From positions 1,599 through 65,598 of the forward strand of contig JBEQUE010000051.1 of NCBI GenBank assembly GCA_040349255.1: a DNA stretch of 64,000 nt, given 5' to 3'. This document shows, in pieces, positions 19,116-30,029 of the stretch (within the stretch, counting starts at the first letter, position 1; each line of letters opens with the position of its first letter). The stretch is from Acidobacteriota bacterium. GTDB lineage: Bacteria > Acidobacteriota > Thermoanaerobaculia > Multivoradales > UBA5704. Made by a program: the position numbers and the translations under genes. The notes beneath the pieces are model-generated. The model was given only the letters and a program-made list of their open reading frames with translations. It did no database searches and was not told the origin of the DNA.

Positions 19116-19883
19116 GTGCACCCCTCCGCGTCCTCCGACCAGCACAACGCGGGTACCTTCAGTGGAATCATCGGCGCCATTCCGGCCCGCTATGCGTCCA
19201 CGCGGCTACCCGGGAAGCCCCTGCTCCTCATCGCCGGACGGCCGATGATCGAGCACGTCTACGAGCGGGCCTCCCGGGCGCGCGGGCTCGACCGGATCGT
19301 GGTCCTGACCGACGACGAGCGCATCGCACGGGCCGTGGAAGGGTTCGGCGGCGAGTGGGAGATGACCCCGGCCGAGTGCGCCAGCGGCACCGACCGGATC
19401 GCCCATGCCGCACGCCGCTGGAACGCCGCGGCCGTGGTCAACATCCAGGGTGACGAGCCGCTGATCGACCCCGAGGTCGTCTCGCGCCTCGCGGTCCACC
19501 TGGCGGACCACCCGGAAGACCCGGTCGTCACGCTGGCTGCGGATGCGGCACCGGAAGAGATGGGGAACCCGAACGCCGTCAAGGTCGTGCTCGACCTGGC
19601 CGGCTACGCCCTGTATTTCAGCCGCTCCCCGATCCCGTTCCCGAGGCAGGAGGGGGGCGCCGCACCCCTCAAGCACCTGGGGATCTACGGCTACCAGCGC
19701 GAGGCCCTGCTGCGGCTCGCGTCGCTGCCGCAGGCGCCCCTCGAACGGAGCGAATCGCTGGAGCAGCTCCGCGCCCTGGAGAACGGACTGCGCATCCGCG
19801 TGCTGCTCGCCGGGAGCGCCTCTCCCGGCGTCGACACCCGGGAAGACCTGGAGCGCGTCGAGCGTTTGCTGGAGCGGGCCTGA
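19116..19883 (+). CDS. kdsB: CMP-Kdo synthetase
   Basis: IPARYASTRLPGKPL, SGTDR, NIQGDEP, LEQLRALENG. Confidence 0.95.
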   Translation: MHPSASSDQHNAGTFSGIIGAIPARYASTRLPGKPLLLIAGRPMIEHVYERASRARGLDRIVVLTDDERIARAVEGFGGEWEMTPAECASGTDRIAHAARRWNAAAVVNIQGDEPLIDPEVVSRLAVHLADHPEDPVVTLAADAAPEEMGNPNAVKVVLDLAGYALYFSRSPIPFPRQEGGAAPLKHLGIYGYQREALLRLASLPQAPLERSESLEQLRALENGLRIRVLLAGSASPGVDTREDLERVERLLERA

Positions 19884-21616
<1,733 letters not shown>

Positions 21617-21617
<1 letters not shown>

Positions 21618-22456
21618 TGGCGGTCCATCCGGTCGAGCTGGCTCCCGGCATCGTAATCGGCAATCATCGCGGAGGCGGGGATCTCCCCGTCATCGCCGGC
21701 CCCTGCATGATCGAGAGCGAGGAGCGCACGCTCGAAACCGCCCACATCCTCGCGGCCATGGCGGAGCGCCTCGGCCTGCCCCTGGTCTTCAAGTCGTCGT
21801 TCGACAAGGCGAACCGCAGCTCGGGAGACACGCAGCGCGGTCCCGGTCTCGAAGAGGGCCTGCGCGTCCTCCGGCTGGTCAAGGAGGAGACCGGCCTGCC
21901 GGTGCTGACCGACGTCCACGAGGTGGACCAGTGCGGCCCGGCCGCCGAGGTCTGCGACGTGCTCCAGATCCCGGCCTTCCTCTGCCGCCAGACCGACCTC
22001 GTGGTGGCCGCGGCGCGCACCGGCCGGGCGGTCAACATCAAGAAGGGCCAGTTCATGGCGCCGGACAACATGCTGAAGATCGTGGAGAAGGCCCGCAAGG
22101 CGGGCAACGACCGGGTGACCGTGACGGAGCGCGGCGCCTCCTTCGGCTATCACAACCTGGTCGTGGACATGCGCAGCTTCGCCATGATGCAGGACGACGG
22201 GATCGCGGTGATCTACGACGTGACCCACTCGCTCCAGCTTCCCGGCGGCGAAGGCGGCGAGAGCGGCGGCCTCCGGCGCTTCGCCGAGCCTCTCGCCCGC
22301 GCGGCCGTGGCCGCGGGCGCAGACGGCCTGTTCCTGGAGATCCATCCGGACCCCGACCGCGCGCTCTCGGACAAGGCCGTTCAGCTCCCGCCCGAGCGCG
22401 CCGAGGCGTTGCTCCGCTCGCTGATCGCCCTCCGGCGGACCCTGGTGGCAGAATGA
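21617..22456 (+). CDS. kdsA: KDO8P synthase
   Basis: IAGPCMIES, FDKANRSS, QIPAFLCRQTDL, KKGQF; TGATG overlap with pyrG. Confidence 0.95.
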
Positions 22457-23415
22457 GGACCGCGCGCCAGGTCGCCGTCGAGGTCCTGGAGACCGAGGCC
22501 GCGGCGGTCCGCGGCCTGATCCCGCAGCTCGACGAGCGGTTCGACAGAGCCGTCGAGCTGCTCCGCTCGTGCGCGGGCCGGGTGGTCTGCACGGGCATGG
22601 GCAAGAGCGGGATCGTCATGAAGAAGATCGCGGCGACCCTCTCCTCGACCGGCACGCCGTCGCTCTTCCTCCACCCGGCCGAGGCGGTCCATGGCGACCT
22701 CGGGATGATCGTGGCCGGCGACGTGGTCCTCGCCGCCTCCTACTCGGGGACGACCGAGGAGCTGCTGAAGCTCGTGGAAACCATGAAGCGGCTCGGCGCG
22801 CCCCTGATTGTGATGACCGCGAACGCCGGCTCGCCGCTCGCCCGCCACGCGGACATCCACCTGCCGGTGGCGATCGACCGCGAGGCCTGTCCGCTGAACC
22901 TCGCGCCCACGGCCTCGACCACGGCCACGCTCGCGCTGGGCGACGCGCTCGCCATGGCGCTCCTCGAAGCCCGCGGCTTCACGAGAGAGGACTTCGCTCT
23001 CCTCCATCCCTCAGGCCAGCTCGGCAAGCGCCTCCTGCGCGTCGAGCAGATCATGCACGCCGGCGACGCCCTGCCCAAGGTCCTCGCCTCGACCCCGATG
23101 CGCGACGCCATCTACGAGATGTCGAAGAAGGGGCTCGGGATCACCGCCGTGACCGACGAGGCCGGCCGGCTCCTCGGCTGCATCTCGGACGGCGACCTGC
23201 GGCGCCTGATCGAGCACGACGACGGCCTTCTCAAGAAGACCGCGGGCGAGTGCAGGACCCGGAACCCGCGCACCATCGACGGCGGCGAGCTGGCCGCCGC
23301 GGCGCTCAACACCATGGAAGACCACCGCATCACCTCGCTCTTCGTGTGCGGCCCGGAGGGCCGGCTCGACGGGCTGGTCCACCTGCACGACCTCTGGGGC
23401 CTGGAGCTGTTCTGA
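22453..23415 (+). CDS. kdsD: Arabinose-5-phosphate isomerase (KpsF/GutQ; SIS plus CBS domains)
   Basis: TGMGKSG, HPAEAVHGDLG, LAPTAST and a CBS pair. Confidence 0.93.
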   Translation: MRTARQVAVEVLETEAAAVRGLIPQLDERFDRAVELLRSCAGRVVCTGMGKSGIVMKKIAATLSSTGTPSLFLHPAEAVHGDLGMIVAGDVVLAASYSGTTEELLKLVETMKRLGAPLIVMTANAGSPLARHADIHLPVAIDREACPLNLAPTASTTATLALGDALAMALLEARGFTREDFALLHPSGQLGKRLLRVEQIMHAGDALPKVLASTPMRDAIYEMSKKGLGITAVTDEAGRLLGCISDGDLRRLIEHDDGLLKKTAGECRTRNPRTIDGGELAAAALNTMEDHRITSLFVCGPEGRLDGLVHLHDLWGLELF

Positions 23416-23963
23416 GCCTCTCCGACGCCGAGCTGACCGAGCGCGCCCGGAACCTCCGGTGGCTCCTGCTGGACGTGGACGGCGTGCTGACCGACGGCCG
23501 CCTGGTCTACGGACCGGACGGCGAGCAGCAGAAGGTCTTCCACGTCCGGGACGGCCTGGGCCTGCGCCTCCTCCAGCGCTCGGGCCTCCGGATCGGGATC
23601 CTTTCGGGCCGGGAGAGCAAGGCGCTCCAGGTGCGGGCGGACGACCTCTGGATCGACTTCCTGATGATGGACCGTTCGGACAAGGGGCCCGCCTTCGCCG
23701 AGTTCCTGGCCGAGCGCTCGGTAGCGCCGCAGGAGGTAGCCTTCATGGGCGACGACCTCGTGGACCTGCCGATCCTGCTGCGCTGCGGCCTCGCCTTTGC
23801 GCCGTCGGACGCGGTGGCCGAGGTCCGCGACCGGGCGCACCGGGTGCTGGAAGGAAAGGGAGGCTGGGGCGTGGTGAGGGAGCTCTGCGAGCTGCTGCTG
23901 CGGGCGAGAGGCGACTGGGAAGAGCTGACCGCGCCATACTACGTCGTGGGAGAGCCGGACTGA
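23412..23963 (+). CDS. kdsC: KDO8P phosphatase (HAD family); probable CTG start
   Basis: LLDVDGVLTDG, FHVRDGLG, MGDDLVD, GGWGVVRE. No ATG/GTG/TTG lies between the kdsD stop and the catalytic DVD motif. Confidence 0.9.
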   Translation: MSLSDAELTERARNLRWLLLDVDGVLTDGRLVYGPDGEQQKVFHVRDGLGLRLLQRSGLRIGILSGRESKALQVRADDLWIDFLMMDRSDKGPAFAEFLAERSVAPQEVAFMGDDLVDLPILLRCGLAFAPSDAVAEVRDRAHRVLEGKGGWGVVRELCELLLRARGDWEELTAPYYVVGEPD

Positions 23964-24889
23964 GCACACGGCCGACCTCGGTACCGTCCTCCTCCAGGGC
24001 CCGCCGCCGGACCAGCCGTCTCCGCGCGTCCCTGCTCCCCGGCCTCGTCCGCCTGCTCGCCCTCCTGCTCGGAGCCCTCCCGCGCCGCGCCGCTCTCGCC
24101 TTCGGCCGCGCCGCGGGCCGCCTGGGCTGGCGCGTCAGCGGCCGGGACCGGCGCCGGGCGCTCGACCATCTCGCCCTGGCCCTGCCCGAGCTGTCCGACG
24201 CGGAGCGACAACGGATCGCGAGAGCCTCCTTCCTCTATCAGGGGATGAACGCGGCCGAGCTGCTCCACCTGCTGAAGCGGGGAGCCGACGGGATGCTGTC
24301 CGACATCGAGGTCCAGGGCTGGGAGAACGTGGAAGCGGCCCGGGCCACGCGTCGGCCGATCCTGATCCTGACCGGCCACTGCGGCAACTGGGAGCTGATC
24401 GCGATCCCGCTCAGCCACGGCGGTCTGCCGCCCGCGGCGATCGCGAGACCGGCGGACGACCCGCGCATCCAGGACCTGATCGTGAGCATCCGCCGCCGGC
24501 TCGGCACCTCGACGATCGCGAGAGGGACCCGCGGCGCGGCGCGCCAGATCCTGGAGGTGCTCCGGAGCGGCGGCGCCATCGCCATGCTGATCGACCAGGA
24601 CACGAAGGTGGACGGCGTCTGGGTCCCCTTCTTCGACCGTCCCGCCTTCACGCCGGTGGGACCCGCGGAGCTGGCGATCAAGCAGGACATGCGGGTGGTC
24701 CCCTCCTTCATCGAGAGGCGTCCGGACGGCGGCCACCTCGTGCGTTTCCTGCCCGTTCTCCCGCTGCCCAAGGATCCGCAACAGGCTACCGCGCTCATGA
24801 CCGCCGCGATCGAGCAGCAGGTCCGGCGCCGGCCGGAGCAGTGGGTCTGGTGGCACAAGCGCTGGCGTCGTCAGCCGCCGCCGGACTAG
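23960..24889 (+). CDS. lpxL: Lipid A late acyltransferase (LpxL/HtrB family); start uncertain, probably CTG
   Basis: TGHCGNWE, LIDQD, VPFF, PEQWVWWHKRWR. Confidence 0.85.
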   Translation: MSTRPTSVPSSSRARRRTSRLRASLLPGLVRLLALLLGALPRRAALAFGRAAGRLGWRVSGRDRRRALDHLALALPELSDAERQRIARASFLYQGMNAAELLHLLKRGADGMLSDIEVQGWENVEAARATRRPILILTGHCGNWELIAIPLSHGGLPPAAIARPADDPRIQDLIVSIRRRLGTSTIARGTRGAARQILEVLRSGGAIAMLIDQDTKVDGVWVPFFDRPAFTPVGPAELAIKQDMRVVPSFIERRPDGGHLVRFLPVLPLPKDPQQATALMTAAIEQQVRRRPEQWVWWHKRWRRQPPPD

Positions 24890-26061
24890 CCCCGCATCTT
24901 CCGATAGGCCGCCTGGAAGCCGGGCAGGCGCATCAGCCTCTCGCGCAGTCGCCAGGTAGCCGTCCCGGTGACGGCGTGAAGCGTTTCCGCCAGCCGGTCC
25001 CGCTCCGATCGGATGGACAGGAGCTCCTCCCCCGCGGCCACGCTCTCGCGCCGGGGCGGCCGGCCCACCCAGTCGCTCAAATAGACCGAGGCGGCCCGCG
25101 ACTCCTCGGCGGGATCGGCAGGCTCCGCGCGCGCGTGCTCGGCGATCACCTCCTCATAGAGCGCGACGAGGCGGTCGAGAGCCGTCTCCAGGCCCGCCTC
25201 CTCCCGGACCCGGCGCGAGACCTCGGCGGCGTCGCGCGCGTCGTAGCGCCCGATCTCCCGCACGATCAGATCCGGGTCGAGCGGGCGATGCAGGGAGCGA
25301 TAGCCGAGGTTCAGCCGGCGCAGGGCGTCGAGGTCGGCGCTCGTGACCATCTGCCCGAGGCCGCGATGGTCGCAGAGCACCACCGCCGCCCCCACCGCCA
25401 GCGCCTCCAGCGCGCTCTTGGCCTTGGCAAAGACGAGGTCGTGCTCCGCGATCACCTCGCCCGGGTTGACCAGGGACCGGCCCACGCCCGAGCCCACCAC
25501 CTCCAGAGGGAGACCGGCGCGCCGGCAGGCTTCCTGGACCGCCGGGAGATGGGTGTCCTGCCGGGCGTAGTTGCTGAGCACCAGCGCCCGCCGGGGCCGC
25601 GCGGGGAGCGGGCCGCGCGGCGGGAAGCGGTCGAGATCGGCCCAGTTCAGGAGGACCCGGACGCGCTCTTCCGGAATCCCGTGCTCGAAGACGACGCGGT
25701 CGCGGTTCGTCCAGTCGACCGCGACGTAGCGCCGGATGCGCGGGAAGAGCGGCGGGGCGTCGCGCCAGGCGGTCCAGTCGTGCGTGGCGAAGATCCCGGG
25801 CACGCCGGGAAAGTACAGCAGGGCGGCCATGGCCTGCTGGTGGTGATGTCCGTGGATCACGTCCGGAGGGGCTCCGAGCCGGGAGAGGTCGTCGACCACG
25901 GGGACCGTGGCGGCGCGGATCTCCTCCGCGATCTCGCCGAGCTCGGGGCTGTAGACCACGGGCGTGTGCCCCCGCCGCAGAAGGCCCAGCGCGGCCTCCT
26001 TGATGTAGACCTCGGTCCCGGTGCGGGACGCCAGGGTGACGTTCGTGAGCAGGATGCGCAA
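24886..26061 (-). CDS. GT-B glycosyltransferase (GT4-like) with a C-terminal coiled-coil tail
   Basis: MRILLTN..GTE, PDVIHGHH, ALEALAVG; tail LAETLHAVTGTATWRL. Confidence 0.75.
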   Translation of the reverse strand: MRILLTNVTLASRTGTEVYIKEAALGLLRRGHTPVVYSPELGEIAEEIRAATVPVVDDLSRLGAPPDVIHGHHHQQAMAALLYFPGVPGIFATHDWTAWRDAPPLFPRIRRYVAVDWTNRDRVVFEHGIPEERVRVLLNWADLDRFPPRGPLPARPRRALVLSNYARQDTHLPAVQEACRRAGLPLEVVGSGVGRSLVNPGEVIAEHDLVFAKAKSALEALAVGAAVVLCDHRGLGQMVTSADLDALRRLNLGYRSLHRPLDPDLIVREIGRYDARDAAEVSRRVREEAGLETALDRLVALYEEVIAEHARAEPADPAEESRAASVYLSDWVGRPPRRESVAAGEELLSIRSERDRLAETLHAVTGTATWRLRERLMRLPGFQAAYRKMRG

Positions 26062-26070
26062 GGGCCGGGC

Positions 26071-26850
26071 TCACCCGCTGCGGCCGAGCTCCCGGAGGGC
26101 TCTGGCCAGGGGAAGAAAATGCTCGCGGAAGCGCAGGACCCGTGAATAGCGGCCGGTCGCGACCTGCCGCTCGCCGTAGGTCTCGTAATACGGCGGATCC
26201 CCGATCCGGGCCTCGATGTCCGCCTCGGGGTCCACCGGGCTCAGGCACTCGACCCGAAAGGCTTCGGCGCCGTAGCGCTCGAACGCCCGCTCGACCTCGT
26301 GCGCCATCTCCGGGTAGGACCGCGCCGCCGCGAGCTTGCGCTCCAGCGCGTCGTCCTCCAGCTCGAGTCTCAGGCCTCCGGAGCTGCCGTTCCCGGGCAG
26401 CTCGTCCGGGCGGCCTTCCAGGAGGAACTCATAGCTGTCGAGGCCGCGCCCGGTGCGCCGGCGGACCAGCGCGATGGCCGCGTCGGTCACCAGGCGGCAG
26501 ATGTCGTGGGAGGGGTTGAACCCTTCGATGGCGTCGGCGGCCACCGTCTCCACGCCGCTTTCGGTCCAGGCGTCGGCGAGCTCGCGGGCGAGCCCCGCCA
26601 GGACCTCGATCCGGCCTTCCAGCATCACCTCGTACAGATCGCGGTCGCGGAACCGGCCGAACACGGAGCCCGGCCGGGCACCGGTGCGGGGCAGGATCGC
26701 CGCGGTGGAAGGGACACGGGACCGGCCGGTGCTCCCCGAGCCGTCGGTCAGCACGAAGACCTCGGGCTGCTCCCGTTCGAGCCAGCCATACACACGAAGC
26801 TCGTGGCCAGGATGCGCTGCCACCAGGGCGGCCTTGGAAGATCCGGACAT
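26071..26850 (-). CDS. Hypothetical protein with PIG-L/LmbE deacetylase-like motifs
   Basis: AHPGHE (compare AHPDDE), LTDGS, EGFNPSHD (compare HPDH). Confidence 0.55.
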   Translation of the reverse strand: MSGSSKAALVAAHPGHELRVYGWLEREQPEVFVLTDGSGSTGRSRVPSTAAILPRTGARPGSVFGRFRDRDLYEVMLEGRIEVLAGLARELADAWTESGVETVAADAIEGFNPSHDICRLVTDAAIALVRRRTGRGLDSYEFLLEGRPDELPGNGSSGGLRLELEDDALERKLAAARSYPEMAHEVERAFERYGAEAFRVECLSPVDPEADIEARIGDPPYYETYGERQVATGRYSRVLRFREHFLPLARALRELGRSG

Positions 26851-26999
26851 GCCGCGAGAGTCTAGCGGAGAATCCGGGCAAGGCTCTCCTCTTCCCGGAC
26901 CATTCCATGGACGGGGCGTTGTCGGGCTAACTAGGTCTGCCGGTTTCCGGGAAGTCGTCAAGGCCTTGGCAAAGATCGGAGACTCATCCCCGGCGGCCC

Positions 27000-28343
27000 T
27001 TACATTCTGGTCCGCAGAAACACCATCCAGGAGACCGGCATCTCGCCGTATTCGTCCTCCAGCTCCGAGGGGATCAGCGCCAGGCTTACCAGGGAGCCGA
27101 CGCCGGCCTTCCATGCGTCTTCCACGACCGCGTCGTAGACGTAGCCGAGGCTGATCTTCCCGACGTCGAAGACCTCCTCGTCGCCGTGTCCGTGCCCGGC
27201 CAGCTCGTCGTTCTCCTGCCGCTCGACGCGGCCGAAGACCGTGTGCCGGGCGGCCAGGGTAGCGGCGGACTCCAGCAGGAAGGAGTCGGTGGTTTCGCCG
27301 GGGTCACTCTCATTGCGGCCCCACGCGAACGTGGTCTGCCAGTTGCCGTCCGCGAACGGACGGTTGTAGATGGCCGACGCGGTCGTCCGGTCCTTGTCGA
27401 CCTCCGGTTCGAGCTGCTCCGGGCTGTTCAGATGGCCGCGGCTCACCTGGAACGACCAGTCCGGCGTCGGCTGCCAGGAGGCGCGGACCGCCCAGGAGTC
27501 GAGCTTCGGGTCCTCGATGTCGGTGCGGTCCTCGTCCGGCTCGCGGCCCTTGAAGGCCGAGCCTTCGAGCTTGAAGCCACCCCGGATCCAGCCGAGCGTG
27601 GCCACGCCGAAGGTGATGTGAGTCGAGTCGAGCCAGTGGTGTCCCAGCGGCGCCTCGGGGTTCTCCATGCCGGAGAAGCGATGGAGGAAGGCCGGCGGAC
27701 CGAGCGCGGGCTCGCCCGGCAGCCCCAGGTAGACGAAGGCCGAGCCGTCCGGGCCCAGGTCGTGGCTGTACGTGGCGGCCAGCTCCATGAAGAGGTCGTG
27801 CGGGTGCTGGCGATCGACGAGCGGCGTCCGGCCGTCCGCGGTCTCGCCGGTCTGGAGGAGGAGCGGGTAACCCTCGTCGCCGACCGTCCAGGGCTCGGCG
27901 GAGACCATGGCGCGGAACCCGAGCCGGTCCGCGCCGAATTGCCGCACGGCCACGCCCATGAGCATGCTCTCGCTGAACAGCTTCTGGTCGCCCCGCGGGC
28001 CGTCCTGGTCGTCGTAGACCAGGTCGAGGAAGCCGTGCGCCATCAGGTGCCAGTCGCCCCGCACGGCGTGCAGGCCTTCGTGCGGCGCGGACTCGGGCTG
28101 CCAAGCGGTGCCGGAGGCCTCGCGGCTCATCCTGTATGGCCCGAGCAGGCCCGGCATCTCATGCCCAGCGTCATGCCCAGCGTCGTGATCGGCCATGTCC
28201 ATGCCTTCCATGCCGGCGTGCCCGCCGTGCTCCTCCGGCTTGGCCTCGGCCGGCGGCGGCTCCGGATGGGAGTGCTGGTGCTGGGCGGAAAGCGGCAGGC
28301 TGAAGAGCAGCAAGGCAGTCAGGATGGTCCCGGGTCTTCTCAT
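27000..28343 (-). CDS. Exported, probably outer-membrane beta-barrel protein with a His/Met-rich N-terminus
   Basis: Signal peptide; QHQHSH..HGGHAGMEGMDMADHDAGHDAGHEM; alternating beta-strand pattern; C-terminal WMVFLRTRM. Confidence 0.7.
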   Translation of the reverse strand: MRRPGTILTALLLFSLPLSAQHQHSHPEPPPAEAKPEEHGGHAGMEGMDMADHDAGHDAGHEMPGLLGPYRMSREASGTAWQPESAPHEGLHAVRGDWHLMAHGFLDLVYDDQDGPRGDQKLFSESMLMGVAVRQFGADRLGFRAMVSAEPWTVGDEGYPLLLQTGETADGRTPLVDRQHPHDLFMELAATYSHDLGPDGSAFVYLGLPGEPALGPPAFLHRFSGMENPEAPLGHHWLDSTHITFGVATLGWIRGGFKLEGSAFKGREPDEDRTDIEDPKLDSWAVRASWQPTPDWSFQVSRGHLNSPEQLEPEVDKDRTTASAIYNRPFADGNWQTTFAWGRNESDPGETTDSFLLESAATLAARHTVFGRVERQENDELAGHGHGDEEVFDVGKISLGYVYDAVVEDAWKAGVGSLVSLALIPSELEDEYGEMPVSWMVFLRTRM

Positions 28344-28394
28344 CGCCTGTCTTCTGTCTGCAACTCCTCTGCCGTTTCGCATAGAATCCCGGCT

Positions 28395-29057
28395 ATGGCT
28401 TCCTATTCGGCGGAGGAGATCCTGAAGCAGCTCGACGACTGCGCGGAGGCTTACACCTTCCCGGTGCTCGACAACGCCTACGTGTATCCGGCCGATACCC
28501 GGATGACCCTGTATCGCGACGAGGAACGCTGGTCGCTGGTCATCGAGGTCCTGGGGTTCAACTCGCACATGGGCGGGACGGAGGGCATGGACAATGCCCT
28601 GTACTGCTTCGGCAACTGCCTGCGGCGGCCGCCCGGGATCAGCCCCGACGACCTTCTGCGCCTGGTGAGGGACGGCGACTCCGGCCCGCTGTTCGAGGAG
28701 CCTCACGGCACGGCGGTCCGGAAGGGAGTCACGGACCTGCGCATCCGGGGCCGGCTCGTGCCGGCTCCCCCGTCGGCCGAGGCCTTCGAGTTGCTGCGCG
28801 CCCTGGCTCCCGAGCATCGGGATCAGCTCCTCGCGACCGACGAGGAGCTCCAGTCCCGCCTGCCGGCAGACCTGCCGCGGCTCCTCCGGCTGGACGAGTG
28901 GAACCACCCCGACATCGCCGAAGGCGACCTGCCGAGCGAGAGCCCGACCTTCAAGATGCTGGCCCAGGTGCTGGAGACCGGCGATCCTGGCCTCTACCGC
29001 CCCCGGCGCAAGCCGAACACCCACTGGTCGAACTGGCCGGAGGGTGGGGTTCTGTAG
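28395..29057 (+). CDS. Conserved hypothetical protein (resembles DUF7003)
   Basis: ILKQLDDCAE..FPVLDNAYVY..W.HPD..PNTHWSNW pattern; family name from recall only; typical codon usage. Confidence 0.65.
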   Translation: MASYSAEEILKQLDDCAEAYTFPVLDNAYVYPADTRMTLYRDEERWSLVIEVLGFNSHMGGTEGMDNALYCFGNCLRRPPGISPDDLLRLVRDGDSGPLFEEPHGTAVRKGVTDLRIRGRLVPAPPSAEAFELLRALAPEHRDQLLATDEELQSRLPADLPRLLRLDEWNHPDIAEGDLPSESPTFKMLAQVLETGDPGLYRPRRKPNTHWSNWPEGGVL

Positions 29058-29573
29058 ACTTTCCTGTTGCGATTCAAGGTTCTCCAAGGCGTTGGAACGT
29101 TCTGCGCGGCGACTGAAGCTTCTCCAGGCGATGGAAGCTTCCATGGCGCGATGTAGCCTTCTATAAGCCGTTGGAAGGTTCCTGGCGCCGGAGGAACGTT
29201 CTACGCCGCGACGGAACGTTCTACGGCGCAACGGAAGGTTCTACGGCGCAACGGAAGGTTCTACGCCGTGCCGGAACGATCTTTGCCGCGGCGGAAGGTT
29301 CTACGGCGCAACGGAACGTTCTACGCCACGACGGAACGTTCTACGTTGAAACGGAAGGTTTCCAGGCCGCAACGGAACGTTCCAGGTCGTGGCGGAACGT
29401 TCTACGGCGCAACGGAAGGTTCCACGCCGTGTCGGAACGATCTTTGCCGCGGCGGAAGGTTCTACGGCGCAACGGAACGTTCTACGTCGTGACGGAAGGT
29501 TCTACGCCGTAGCGCAACCTTCTGCACCGCAAGGCAAGGTTCCCTTGCGGCAGAGAAGCCTACCGAGCCGTGG
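29054..29573. repeat. Tandem array of 20-bp units (17 well-conserved, about 9 degenerate flanking)
   Basis: Consensus CGGAA(C/G)GTTCTACG(G/C)CGCAA; cores at 29173, 29193 ... 29353, then 29374 ... 29494 after one 1-nt insertion. Confidence 0.95.
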
Positions 29574-29620
29574 AGAACGGAACGGAGGGGCGGCGCTTGC
29601 CGGAGTTGGTATCCCGCGGT

Positions 29621-30025
29621 TCAGTTGGGCGTAATCAGCCACAACCGGCCGTCGATCTCGGCTCCGAGGCCATGGGTTTTGAGGATTACGTGCAGTGCCA
29701 GGTCCCACGGTACGTCCTTGAGCTCGACCGTCACGGTTCCTGGCTGGATCCTGGGATCGAGGACCAGGTTGAAGCCGGCGAGTTGGGCGAACGCGCGGAG
29801 GACTTCCGGCAGCGGCGCGTCGCGCAGGCTGAGGCTGATCGGGAACCCCCGCCACGGCCCCTGGCCCGACGGACCCTGGCCGCGTTCGACGAGACCGTGG
29901 GCACCAAGGGTGACGGCGCGAGGGTGCCTGTCAGCTCGGTCGCCGGTCTCCTGCGCGGAGAGCGCGGTGGCGGCGAGACAGAGGACAGCCAGGAGGGTAG
30001 GCAGCAGGCGTAGAGAACGATTCAT
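29621..30025 (-). CDS. Small exported protein consisting of a secretin N0/STN-like domain
   Basis: Signal peptide plus ISLSLRDAPLPEVLRAFAQLAGFNLVLDP..VTVELKDVPWDLALHVILKTHGL, which resembles the PilQ N0 domain. Confidence 0.75.
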   Translation of the reverse strand: MNRSLRLLPTLLAVLCLAATALSAQETGDRADRHPRAVTLGAHGLVERGQGPSGQGPWRGFPISLSLRDAPLPEVLRAFAQLAGFNLVLDPRIQPGTVTVELKDVPWDLALHVILKTHGLGAEIDGRLWLITPN

Positions 30026-30029
30026 GATA

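Noticed and set aside
28344-29231. N-terminal extension of the 743-aa ORF 27000..29231
   Set aside because: It is antisense to the 28395..29057 gene, and the signal peptide begins at the ATG at 28343.
29054-29573. CRISPR or mini-CRISPR array, or protein-coding repeats (ORFs 29171..29512, 29268..29492, 29389..29634)
   Set aside because: The variable parts are about 10 nt and related to each other. The 20-bp period breaks codon phase, so the ORFs look like by-products of the repeat.
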